Part shown: positions 1 to 7,695 of the stretch, one piece after another | How positions within the stretch are numbered: the first letter of the stretch is position 1 | Layout: each line of letters opens with the position of its first letter | NCBI GenBank assembly: GCA_043750125.1 | Contig: JAYVCD010000030.1 | Location: 1-14,036 of the forward strand | Source of the DNA: Archangiaceae bacterium | GTDB lineage: Bacteria; Myxococcota; Myxococcia; Myxococcales; Myxococcaceae | Reading direction: 5' to 3' | Length of the DNA: 14,036 nucleotides | Program-made: the position numbers and the translations under genes | Notes under the pieces: model-generated | The model's database searches: none | Told to the model about the DNA's origin: nothing | The model's input: only the letters and a program-made list of their open reading frames with translations

Positions 1-209
1 GCGGTGTGGCGCTCAATCAGGTGGGGGTGATGAAATTCTTTGCGCCCCATCGCACGATCGAGGAACCGACCGTACAGCTCCATGTCTTCGAGAACTTCGG
101 CCCGGCTGACTTCGACCAGCACCGAATGTTTGCTGCCGGGTGCACGGGCGAGAAAGGCTTCAGCCGCGGAACCTTCAGCCACTTTCCGCAACAATTCAAA
201 TCCGTGCAC
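1..209 (-). CDS. Hanks-type Ser/Thr protein kinase-like protein, N-terminal part (runs off the left edge); probable pseudokinase
   Basis: Not in the ORF track. Manual translation from GTG at 209 gives MHGFELLRKVAEGSAAEAFLARAPGSKHSVLVEVSRAEVLEDMELYGRFLDRAMGRKEFHHPHLIERHT, open to the edge. It aligns without gaps to kinase subdomains I-IV (PknB-type YEL...G.GGM.EV.LAR...VAVKVLR...RF..EA...HP). Confidence 0.75.
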   Translation of the reverse strand, partial: MHGFELLRKVAEGSAAEAFLARAPGSKHSVLVEVSRAEVLEDMELYGRFLDRAMGRKEFHHPHLIERHT

Positions 210-215
210 GAAGGG

Positions 216-221
216 AGTGTA
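216..221 (-). promoter_or_regulatory. Putative -10 box (TACACT) 6 nt upstream of the GTG at 209; possible leaderless transcript
   Basis: Minus strand reads ccc-TACACT-cccttc-GTG, with no Shine-Dalgarno upstream of the GTG. Confidence 0.35.
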
Positions 222-288
222 GGGACAGCAGGGTGACGCGGATAGGGGTTGAGTGTGCGCGGCGAGCGGAGGGTGTAGGAGGGCCTTA

Positions 289-813
289 ATGGAAAACGTT
301 CGCAGACGAATCCGTGACGTAGTCGATTTTCCGAAAAAGGGAATTGTCTTCAAGGACATCACTCCCGTGCTCGCCGACCCGGTCTTGTTCCGACAGGTGA
401 TCGACAAGCTCGCCGAGCACTGGCGAGGCAAAGAAATCTCGAAGATCGTCGGCATCGAATCGCGTGGATTTCTTTTCGCGGCCCCGCTGGCGCTGGCCCT
501 GAACAAGGGGCTGGTCCTGGTTCGCAAGCCGGGCAAGCTGCCGTACGACAAGATCGAGCAGTCGTATGCGCTCGAGTACGGAACCGATTCGGTGCAGGCG
601 CACGTCGACTCCGTGGTTCCGGGCGAGAAGGTCTTGATCGTCGATGACCTGCTCGCGACCGGAGGGACCGCCGAAGCGACGGGCGCGCTGATGAAGAAGC
701 TCGGAGCAGACGTGGTCGGGTACGCGTTCGTGATCGAGCTGAGCTTCATCAATGGCCGGGCGAGGCTCGGGGCCGACAAGGTCCATTCGCTGATCACCGT
801 GGAGACGCCGTAA
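289..813 (+). CDS. apt: Adenine phosphoribosyltransferase
   Basis: [40 protein letters not shown] and PRPP-binding [16 protein letters not shown] at 289 is preceded by AGGAGG (277-282). Confidence 0.97.
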   Translation: MENVRRRIRDVVDFPKKGIVFKDITPVLADPVLFRQVIDKLAEHWRGKEISKIVGIESRGFLFAAPLALALNKGLVLVRKPGKLPYDKIEQSYALEYGTDSVQAHVDSVVPGEKVLIVDDLLATGGTAEATGALMKKLGADVVGYAFVIELSFINGRARLGADKVHSLITVETP

Positions 814-1686
814 GTGTTCAAGCGACTGGCGATCATCGGAGGCAGTGGGCTGGGCCAGGCGTTGTCCCGGCTGATGGACGGCAAGCCGACCGAAGTGAGC
901 ACTCCGTTCGGCGCTCCCTCGGGCCCGATTGTCCTGGGTGAAGTCGACGAAGTACCCGTGGCGTTGCTGGCGCGCCATGGGCCGGGTCACTGCCTCAACC
1001 CGTCGAAGGTTCCGTACCGGGCGAACATTCACGCGCTCAAGCAACTGGGAGTGACGCACGTGATGGCGACGGCAGCGGCGGGAAGTCTGCAAGAAGACAT
1101 CAACCCCCGCGAGCTGGTGATTTGCGATCAGCTGATTGATCGCACCTACAAACGCGAAGGGACCTTCTACGAGGATCTCGCGGTGCACCTCGAGTTCGCG
1201 GCTCCGTTCTGCCCGACGGTGCGCAAGGTGCTGTTGGAGTCGAGCGTGGGCCTGGGAATCAAGGTTCACCCGAAAGGCACGCTGGTCTGCATGGAAGGCC
1301 CAGCCTTCTCGACCCGGGCCGAGTGCGATCTGCATCGCAGCTGGGGCGCGCACCTGATCGGTATGACCTCGTGCCCGGAAGCGAAGCTCGCCCGGGAAGC
1401 GGAGCTTTGTTACGCGCTCGTTGGGCTGCCGACCGACTACGACTGCTGGAAACCGCATCCGGAAAACGTCGGCGCGCAGGAACTGGGGGCGCTGATTCTG
1501 GGCAACCTTCACGCGGCGACCGAGTCTGCGTTGGCGCTCGCGCGGGTCGCGGTGAAGGCGATCGCGACCGCGGGCCAGGCGCCGTGCGGGTGTCAGTCGA
1601 CGCTGAAGAACGCGGTCTGGTCCGACCCGAAGCAGGTGTCGGCGGCCACCCGGGAAAAGCTCAAGCTGCTGCTGCCTTCGCTCTAA
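814..1686 (+). CDS. mtnP: S-methyl-5'-thioadenosine phosphorylase
   Basis: IIGGSG, ARHG..H...P..VPYRANI.ALK.LGV, EGPAFSTRAE, GMTSCPEAKLAREAELCY and TDYDCW (the DYD motif typical of MTAP). GTG start directly follows the apt stop. Confidence 0.93.
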   Translation: MFKRLAIIGGSGLGQALSRLMDGKPTEVSTPFGAPSGPIVLGEVDEVPVALLARHGPGHCLNPSKVPYRANIHALKQLGVTHVMATAAAGSLQEDINPRELVICDQLIDRTYKREGTFYEDLAVHLEFAAPFCPTVRKVLLESSVGLGIKVHPKGTLVCMEGPAFSTRAECDLHRSWGAHLIGMTSCPEAKLAREAELCYALVGLPTDYDCWKPHPENVGAQELGALILGNLHAATESALALARVAVKAIATAGQAPCGCQSTLKNAVWSDPKQVSAATREKLKLLLPSL

Positions 1687-1704
1687 AACGTTCCTCGACT
1701 GCCC

Positions 1705-3231
1705 TCAGCTCACTGGAGGAACGAACGGCCACTGGGGGAGGCGCTCTTTGCCAGCCGCGCGCGCGAGGTAGTCGGCGGCGATGTTGGCGCTCTCGAGGAT
1801 TGTCAGCAGCCCGCTGCCCGGGTGAGTGCCTCCGCCGACCCAGTAGAGGCCTTCGGTGTCGGGCGACTTCACCTTCGGCCTCATCGGCCCCAGCTGCATC
1901 CAATTGTGCGAGAGGTTGAAGACCGCGCCACGAAAGACGTTGAAGTCGTCCCGCCAGGTCTGAGCGGTGAATGCGCGCTGGGCCCGAATGTGGGGAGTGA
2001 TGTCCGGCAACCCGACCTTCGCCAGCCACCGGGGGATCTTCGCGATCAGCTGTCGTTCGGCGCTGGGCCAATCGACCGTGCGCGAGGTGTTCGGGGTGGG
2101 CACCAGGACGTAGAGGGTCGAGTGGCCGGGCGGAGCCCCGGCCGGATCGGTCGGAGTCGGGTTGCAGACGTAGAAAGGAGGATCCTCGAAGTCCACCTCG
2201 CGATCCTCGAGGGCGGCGGCATCGGTGCGGCGCGCATTTTCGGAAAGGTAGATGAGGTGGTGGGGCAGCGCATCGAGCCGAATGTCGAGCCCGAGGTAGA
2301 GCATGAAGGTGCTGCAGCTGTAGGCCGAGCGCTCGAGCCGGGGGTTCGACAGCCGCGTCCCCTCTCTTACTTTCGGGTCGATGAGGTTCGTCGCCGCGTA
2401 CGGCAGGTCGGCGTTGATCACCACCGCGTCTGCCTCGAGCCGCTCGCCGCCTTCGAGGACCACGCCCGTGGCGCGACCGCCCTCGACCGTGACCTGGGCC
2501 ACCGGGCAACCGAAGCGGAAGACGACTCCGAGATCTTCGGCGCAGCGCTGCATTCCCTTCGCGAGCGCCCGGAACCCGCCCATCACATGCCAGACCCCGA
2601 ACTGCAGCTCGAGGTACGGGACGACGCTAAAGACGCTCGAGCAGGTCGTCGGGTGCAGCCCCAGGTATTTCGAGGGGTAGCTGAGCGCGTAGGTGACGCG
2701 GTCATCGGCGAAGAAGTCGTCGAGGTGCGAATACAGGCTCTGCCACGGCTTGAACCGCAGCGTGTCGAGCAGCCGCCAGGGCGCGTAGTACCCCAGCGAG
2801 TCGGCGTGGGTGCAGATGAACTTCTCGTAGGTGATCGCGTACTTCTCGCGGCCCTGCGCCATCCACCTGTCGAACGCCGCGGGGTGGTTGGGATTCAGCC
2901 GCGCGAGAGACTGCCTCATCTTTTCGGGGTTCGAGGAAGTGTCGAGCCAGCTTCGATCCCAGAAGTGAATGCGGGTGTTGGGCTCGAGCGCTTTGAGTGT
3001 GACGTAGTCTTCGAGCCGCTTGCCTGACCTGCGAAAGACGGCGTCCAGCACCTGCGGCAGCTGCAAAATGGTCGGGCCGGTGTCGAGCGCGTACTGCCCC
3101 AGCTGCAGCCCCCGCATCCGCCCGCCGGGAATGGCTTCCTTCTCGACGACGGTGACCTTGAAGCCCAGGCCCGCGAGGTTGATCGCCGCCGCGAGTCCTC
3201 CGGGGCCGGCACCCACGATCAAGGCGTTCAC
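1705..3231 (-). CDS. crtIb: CrtI-family carotene desaturase, CrtIb/CarC-like (all-trans zeta-carotene desaturase)
   Basis: FAD-binding LIVGAGPGGLAAAINLAG..EK...PGGR and C-terminal GGGTHPGSGL. KFICT.AD.LGYYAPWRL..TLRFKPWQ and YPSKYLGLHPTTCSSVFSV match recalled M. xanthus CarC/CrtIb. GTG at 3231 has an upstream GAGGGG and overlaps the restored carH TGA (GTGA). Confidence 0.9.
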   Translation of the reverse strand: MNALIVGAGPGGLAAAINLAGLGFKVTVVEKEAIPGGRMRGLQLGQYALDTGPTILQLPQVLDAVFRRSGKRLEDYVTLKALEPNTRIHFWDRSWLDTSSNPEKMRQSLARLNPNHPAAFDRWMAQGREKYAITYEKFICTHADSLGYYAPWRLLDTLRFKPWQSLYSHLDDFFADDRVTYALSYPSKYLGLHPTTCSSVFSVVPYLELQFGVWHVMGGFRALAKGMQRCAEDLGVVFRFGCPVAQVTVEGGRATGVVLEGGERLEADAVVINADLPYAATNLIDPKVREGTRLSNPRLERSAYSCSTFMLYLGLDIRLDALPHHLIYLSENARRTDAAALEDREVDFEDPPFYVCNPTPTDPAGAPPGHSTLYVLVPTPNTSRTVDWPSAERQLIAKIPRWLAKVGLPDITPHIRAQRAFTAQTWRDDFNVFRGAVFNLSHNWMQLGPMRPKVKSPDTEGLYWVGGGTHPGSGLLTILESANIAADYLARAAGKERLPQWPFVPPVS

Positions 3232-4099
3232 GTCGGATGCCCCTCGAGCTCGAAGCCCAGCCGCTTGATCAGCTTGTGATGCGGCTGCGCCCCACGCCCC
3301 CCAAGCTGCACCCGGGTTCCCAGCGGCAGCGCAGCGGCCAGCTGGGTCAGCTGCTCTTCGATTCCTTCGGTGTTGACGAACGAGATCGCCACAGGTCGGG
3401 CTTAACTGCCACCACCACCCGCACCAGCTCTTCGAGCGGAGTCCGCGCGCCCAGGAACGTGACCCGATACCCCTGGTGACGAAAGCGCAGCGCGGCGCCC
3501 AGCAGCCCCAGCTCGTGCTGCTCATCGGCCAGACAGGCGCAGACCACGTGATGCTTGGCCCGCCGGGGCGCCTTCACCCACAACGAAATCAGCCGCTGCC
3601 GCACCGCCTGGCTGATCAGGTGTTCCTCGGCGACCGAGAGCTTTCCCGCATGGCTGCGCCCGGCGACCTCTTCGATCAACGGCACGACCAGCGCTTCGAA
3701 AAAATCCAGCGGAGGAAGCCATTCGGTCGCCGCTTCCAGCACGGTCTCGATCTGCTGTTGGTCCAGGCGGTGGCCCGCGGCGAGGATCTCATCGAGCCAG
3801 CTCTTGAGCTGCTCTTCCCGCGAGAGCCTGGGCCGATGCCCCCCGGGTTCTTCGTGCTCACGCGCCTCGCGGCGAATCGAGGGCAACAGCTTCACCGCCT
3901 CGGCGATCGCGACTCCCTCTTCGGTCAGGCGCTTGAGCCGTTTGAGCACCTCGATGTCTTCCTGGGTGTAGGTGCGGTACCCGCCGGGCGATCTCGCGGG
4001 CTTGAGCACCCCGTAACGCCTTTCCCACGCGCGAATCAGCCCTTCTTTCACGCCCGACATTTCGGCGGCCATCTGGATCCGGAAGGTCGCGTCGGTCAA
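3228..4099 (-). pseudogene. carH: CarH-type MerR/B12-binding photoreceptor repressor, frameshifted near 3391-3392 (as written, the frame stops at 3347)
   Basis: MerR HTH FRIQMAAEMSGVKEGLIRAWERRYGVLKP.RSPGGYRTY, helical bundle LSVAEEHLISQ and cobalamin motif EQHELGLLGAAL resemble M. xanthus CarH more than CarA. TTG at 4099 overlaps the crtB TGA. Adding one G after KPDL restores VAISFVN...VQLGGRGA...HPT*, about 290 aa, ending at 3228. Confidence 0.88.
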
Positions 4100-4983
4100 T
4101 GCCGTGGATTGCGAGTGGCAAGGACCGCAGCCAGGCGCCACACCTTGCGCCGCATCGGCAACGACACGCGCGACGAGAAGATGTCGAAGTCCCGCTCTTC
4201 GATGACATCGAGGATCCCGCCATAGATCGACGACATCAGCCTCACCACCCGCTGAGACCCGAAGCCCCGCAGGTAGGGAACCCCTTGCAAGGCCGACGCA
4301 TAGAGGGTGCGCGCGCGCGCGATCTGCGTCGAGAGAAAGCCCCGAACCCGAGCGTCGACGATTCCGACCTTCAGATCTGCCTCGGTCAGGCCGTGCGCGG
4401 CCAGCTCGTCTTGCGGCAGGTACACCCGGCCCAGGCCCAGGTCTTCCTTCACATCGCGCAAGATGTTGGTCAGCTGCATCGCGCGCCCGAGATCCGCAGC
4501 GTGCCTCAGCGCCACCGGGTCGGTGGTCCCCAGCAGCGGCGCCATCATCAGCCCCACCGTCCCCGCAACGCGGTAGCAATACAGGTCGAGCTCCGCCCAG
4601 CTCGCGTAGCGATTCTGGGTGAGATCCATCTGCATTCCGCTGACGAGATCCAGAAACGGCTGCTGCACCAGGCCGAAGCGCTCGGCGGCATCGAGGAAGG
4701 CGACCAGCTCGTGCTCGGGCCACGGCTTGACGGCCTTCACCGTCCCGCGAACGAACAGCGAATAGAGCAGGCCGCGGGCTTCATCGAGCAGGCCGGGCAA
4801 CGCCTGGGGGTCCGTCTCGGACTGGTCGACGAGATCATCGAGGCGTCGGCAGAAGGCGTAGATCGCAAAGGCTCCGCGCCGGCGCGCTCCGAACAACGCC
4901 ACCGACGAGAAGTAGAAGCTCTTCGCGTGGGCCTTCGTCACTTCGCGGGCCGAGGCGTACCCCGCGAGAACGATCGGATTCAC
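4096..4983 (-). CDS. crtB: Phytoene synthase
   Basis: HAKSFYF, AIYAFCRRLDDLVD, LYCYRVAGTVGLMM, LGRAMQLTNILRDVKED..GRVYLP. GTG at 4983 overlaps the upstream TGA. Confidence 0.95.
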   Translation of the reverse strand: MNPIVLAGYASAREVTKAHAKSFYFSSVALFGARRRGAFAIYAFCRRLDDLVDQSETDPQALPGLLDEARGLLYSLFVRGTVKAVKPWPEHELVAFLDAAERFGLVQQPFLDLVSGMQMDLTQNRYASWAELDLYCYRVAGTVGLMMAPLLGTTDPVALRHAADLGRAMQLTNILRDVKEDLGLGRVYLPQDELAAHGLTEADLKVGIVDARVRGFLSTQIARARTLYASALQGVPYLRGFGSQRVVRLMSSIYGGILDVIEERDFDIFSSRVSLPMRRKVWRLAAVLATRNPRH

Positions 4984-6488
4984 GCGACACGCTCTGTCCG
5001 CAGTGAACCCAACTGGGCCAGCACCGCATCGACAGCGAAGCCGGCGCTGATCATCACCGTCGGCACTCCGGTGCCGGGCTGAACCGAAGCGCCACACCAG
5101 AACAGATTCTTCAAGTCCGGGTCGTAGACCTGGGGGCGAAAGGGGCCCAGCTGCATGAAGTTCTGGGCGAGGCCGAAGTTCGCGCCCCGCTCGAGGTTGT
5201 GGTGGGTCTGCCAGTCGTCAGGCGTCAGGCACTGCTCGACTTCGATCATCGACTCGAGATCGCCGTAGCCCTCTTCCTTCAACCGGGCGAGGACCTTGGC
5301 CCGAACCTTCGGGGCCTCGAGCTTCCAGTCGATCTTCCTCTCGCCCAACGTCGGAACCGGCACCAGCACCTGCAGCGCGTCTTTTCCTTCCGGAGCAAAC
5401 CCACTCTCGGTTCGCGTCGGAGCGTTGACGTAGAAGCTGATGTCGTCGGGCACCCGGCCCTGTTTAAAGATCTCGTTGAAGCTGCCCTTGAAGTCCCGAC
5501 CGAAGAAGACGTTGTGGTGCAGCAGGGCGTCGACCTTCCCCCGAAGGCCCAGGTAGAGCATCAGGCCCGACGAGGTGAACCGCGCCCGGGAAAGTTTGGC
5601 CGCGCGCCGGCTCGCCAGCGGCTCGGGCAGCAGGTTCTTCACCGCCCAGGCGTAGTCGGCGTTGCAGATCACCACGTCGGCGCGCCGCACTGTCCCGTCT
5701 TGAAGCTCGACCCCCACCGCCGTTCCGTTCTCGACCAACACCTGCTTCACACCCTGGCCCAGGTGCAGCGCGACTCCTTCTTCCCGGCAGACTTCGGCGA
5801 GCGCAAGGGGAATGGCGTGCATTCCCCCTTTGGGAAACCAGATTCCGTGGGTGGCTTCGGTGTAGGGCAGCAGCGCAAACACCGCCGGGGCGTCGTAGGG
5901 CGAAACGCCGAGGTACATCGTCTGAAAGCTGAGCGCCTGGCGCAGCCGGTCATCGGCGAAATATTTCGAGACGTGCGACCAGAGCTTGCTCAGCGCACCG
6001 ACCCGGACGATCTGCGGCACGGAAGTCGGAGTGACGAAGTCGAACACCGACGAGAAGTGCTTGGTGATGAAGTGCTCGAACGCCGCGTCGTTCTGAAGTT
6101 TTCCGCGCTTCAAGAACGCCTGGTACTTCGCGTAGCTGCCCGGCTCGATGCCCTCGAGCTCGGCCTTCATCTTCTCGGGGTCCGTCCACAAGATGACGCG
6201 CGAGCCGTCGCGAAAGTGAACGCGGTAGTGCGGATCGCAGCGCTGAATGTCGAGGTGATCTTCGAGCTTGCGACCCAGCGACTGAAACACTTCCTCCAGC
6301 ACGAACGGCATCAGCAAGATCGTCGGGCCGAGATCGAAGCGGAAGTCTCCAACCTGGACCCGGCCGCAGCGGCCTCCGGGAACGGGCGATTTTTCGTAGA
6401 GCTCCACTTCGAGCCCTGCGTGAGCGAGCTTCATTGCCGCGGTCAGACCTCCGACGCCCGCGCCAATGACGATCGCTTTCGACGTCAC
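4980..6488 (-). CDS. crtIa: CrtI-family phytoene desaturase, CrtIa/CarA2-like
   Basis: IVIGAGVGGL..A..LAH.G....YEK...PGGRC, DLGPTILLMP, RCDP.YRVHFRDGS, FQTMYLGVSPY, GIWFPKGG, GASVQPGTGVPTVMIS. Resembles recalled M. xanthus CrtIa and sits between crtE and crtB. GTG at 6488 overlaps the crtE TGA. Confidence 0.9.
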   Translation of the reverse strand: MTSKAIVIGAGVGGLTAAMKLAHAGLEVELYEKSPVPGGRCGRVQVGDFRFDLGPTILLMPFVLEEVFQSLGRKLEDHLDIQRCDPHYRVHFRDGSRVILWTDPEKMKAELEGIEPGSYAKYQAFLKRGKLQNDAAFEHFITKHFSSVFDFVTPTSVPQIVRVGALSKLWSHVSKYFADDRLRQALSFQTMYLGVSPYDAPAVFALLPYTEATHGIWFPKGGMHAIPLALAEVCREEGVALHLGQGVKQVLVENGTAVGVELQDGTVRRADVVICNADYAWAVKNLLPEPLASRRAAKLSRARFTSSGLMLYLGLRGKVDALLHHNVFFGRDFKGSFNEIFKQGRVPDDISFYVNAPTRTESGFAPEGKDALQVLVPVPTLGERKIDWKLEAPKVRAKVLARLKEEGYGDLESMIEVEQCLTPDDWQTHHNLERGANFGLAQNFMQLGPFRPQVYDPDLKNLFWCGASVQPGTGVPTVMISAGFAVDAVLAQLGSLRTERVA

Positions 6489-7537
6489 GCCACTCTCTTC
6501 GCGAGTCCGATGAGCATCTCGTCGAGGAACGCGACCGAAGCCCCCTGCCCCAGCGTCGCCAAAGTCCGGCGGGCCGCCTTGGTCAATCGATCGACCACCC
6601 GCTGCGACGCGGCCACCCCGCCCCAGCGGGCGACTTCCAGCCGGGCGGTCGCCAGCTGCTGGCTGGTGCGCGTATTCCAAAGCGCCTCGAGCGTGCGGCG
6701 GCCGTTGGCATCGGCGCGGGTCCAGGCGGCCACCACCGGGAAAGTGCGCTTGCCTTCGAAAAAGTCTCCTCCGCCATCTTTGCCGGTGACCTTGTCTTCC
6801 CCGTACAGCCCGATCAGGTCATCGCGCAGCTGGTAGGCCAGCCCCGCGAGCCGGCCGACGCGACCCAGGCCATCGAGCATCGCGGGCGTCGCGCCTCCGA
6901 GCATCGCTCCGCAGACCAGCGGCGCGACGAAGCCGTAGCGGGCGGTCTTGAGGTGAGCGACTTTCAGGGTCTGAAACAAGCCGACTTTCTGCAGCGGGGC
7001 GCGCGTCAGCGAAAGATCCAGATGTTGGCCCGCGGCCGTGTGCCGACAAATCTGCAACATGAAGCGGCTGGCCGCGACCGCATGCACCGACGGAGCGCTG
7101 ATCATCGCTTCCATCGCGCGCGCGTAGAGGTGGTCGCCGGCGACGACGGCCAGATCTTCACCGAGTCGACCTTCGCCCAGCAGGTGGTGCAGCGAAGGCC
7201 CGCCGCGGCGCACGTTCGCCCGATCGGCTACGTCGTCATGGACCAGCATGAAGGTGTGGAGCAGCTCGAGGCCCACCCCGAACTGGGCGACCTCGGTGGG
7301 GATCTCTTCCCACTTCCGGCTTCCTTGAGAGAGCATCCACCCCACCGCGGCCAGCGTGGGGCGCACCCGCTTGGCCGGCCGCAACGTGTAGACCCGCACC
7401 TGCTCGCGGGCGTGCTGCCACAGCGGGTCGAGCCCCGCTTCGTCCGGCGACGACGCCCATTGCTCGAGCAGCGGCTCGAGCTCGAGCTGAAAGCGCACCA
7501 GCGGATTGCGGGTTGAACGAGCTGCGATCTGCGACAT
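6485..7537 (-). CDS. crtE: Geranylgeranyl diphosphate synthase (polyprenyl synthetase)
   Basis: KRVRP, first Asp-rich motif ELLHTFMLVHDDVAD...RRG, GQHLD, LKTARY, second motif AYQLRDDLIG, GK.GGDFFEGKRT. ATG at 7537 is preceded by GAGGAG (7544-7549). First gene of the crt operon. Confidence 0.9.
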   Translation of the reverse strand: MSQIAARSTRNPLVRFQLELEPLLEQWASSPDEAGLDPLWQHAREQVRVYTLRPAKRVRPTLAAVGWMLSQGSRKWEEIPTEVAQFGVGLELLHTFMLVHDDVADRANVRRGGPSLHHLLGEGRLGEDLAVVAGDHLYARAMEAMISAPSVHAVAASRFMLQICRHTAAGQHLDLSLTRAPLQKVGLFQTLKVAHLKTARYGFVAPLVCGAMLGGATPAMLDGLGRVGRLAGLAYQLRDDLIGLYGEDKVTGKDGGGDFFEGKRTFPVVAAWTRADANGRRTLEALWNTRTSQQLATARLEVARWGGVAASQRVVDRLTKAARRTLATLGQGASVAFLDEMLIGLAKRVA

Positions 7538-7562
7538 CAGGGGCTCCTCGAAACAAACTCGG

Positions 7563-7595
7563 CGTTGCAGCGCGTGTTTATGGTTTGTATAACGT
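7563..7595 (-). promoter_or_regulatory. Putative CarH operator: tandem 11-bp direct repeats
   Basis: Minus strand ACGTTATACAA|ACCATAAACAC|GCGCTGCAACG. The first two match the nnnnTnnACAn CarH repeat consensus in 11-bp phase and overlap the -10 box; the third is degenerate. Confidence 0.6.
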
Positions 7596-7614
7596 GCTGG
7601 GTGTCTGGGGTCAA
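7586..7614 (-). promoter_or_regulatory. Putative sigma70/SigA promoter of the crtE operon (TTGACC-N17-TATACA)
   Basis: Minus strand has TTGACC at 7614-7609 and TATACA at 7591-7586, exactly 17 nt apart, in an AT-richer intergenic stretch. Confidence 0.55.
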
Positions 7615-7639
7615 AATCAGTTGGAAGGGTGTTCTGCGG

Positions 7640-7661
7640 GGAGCTCTTCGACAAGAGTTCC
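7640..7661. repeat. Imperfect inverted repeat in the crtE-phr intergenic region
   Basis: GGAGCTCTT-CGAC-AAGAGTTCC: 9-bp arms with one mismatch and a 4-nt spacer. Confidence 0.5.
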
Positions 7662-7695
7662 GAAGTGGTCGCCGTGTTGGTACGACGGTGATGCG

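Noticed and set aside
6-236. Short ORFs 6..236+, 40..222+ and 17..199-
   Set aside because: A different minus-strand frame gives a convincing kinase-like N-terminus over the same bases.
3385-3404. Programmed -1 ribosomal frameshift in carH
   Set aside because: No X XXY YYZ slippery heptamer or homopolymer at the site; an indel is the simpler explanation.
3232-3525. 98-aa N-terminal extension of crtIb in the ORF track
   Set aside because: Overlaps carH; the FAD-binding motif starts right after GTG 3231, which has an RBS and a GTGA overlap.
4100-4723. Apparent 208-aa N-terminal extension of CarH
   Set aside because: Off-frame read-through of crtB with Arg/Gly/Ala-rich nonsense composition; the MerR domain begins at TTG 4099.
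6805-6835. CrtE second Asp-rich motif reads DDLIG instead of DDxxD, suggesting inactivation
   Set aside because: The DDxxG variant is common in actinobacterial and myxobacterial polyprenyl synthases, so it is not evidence of loss of function.
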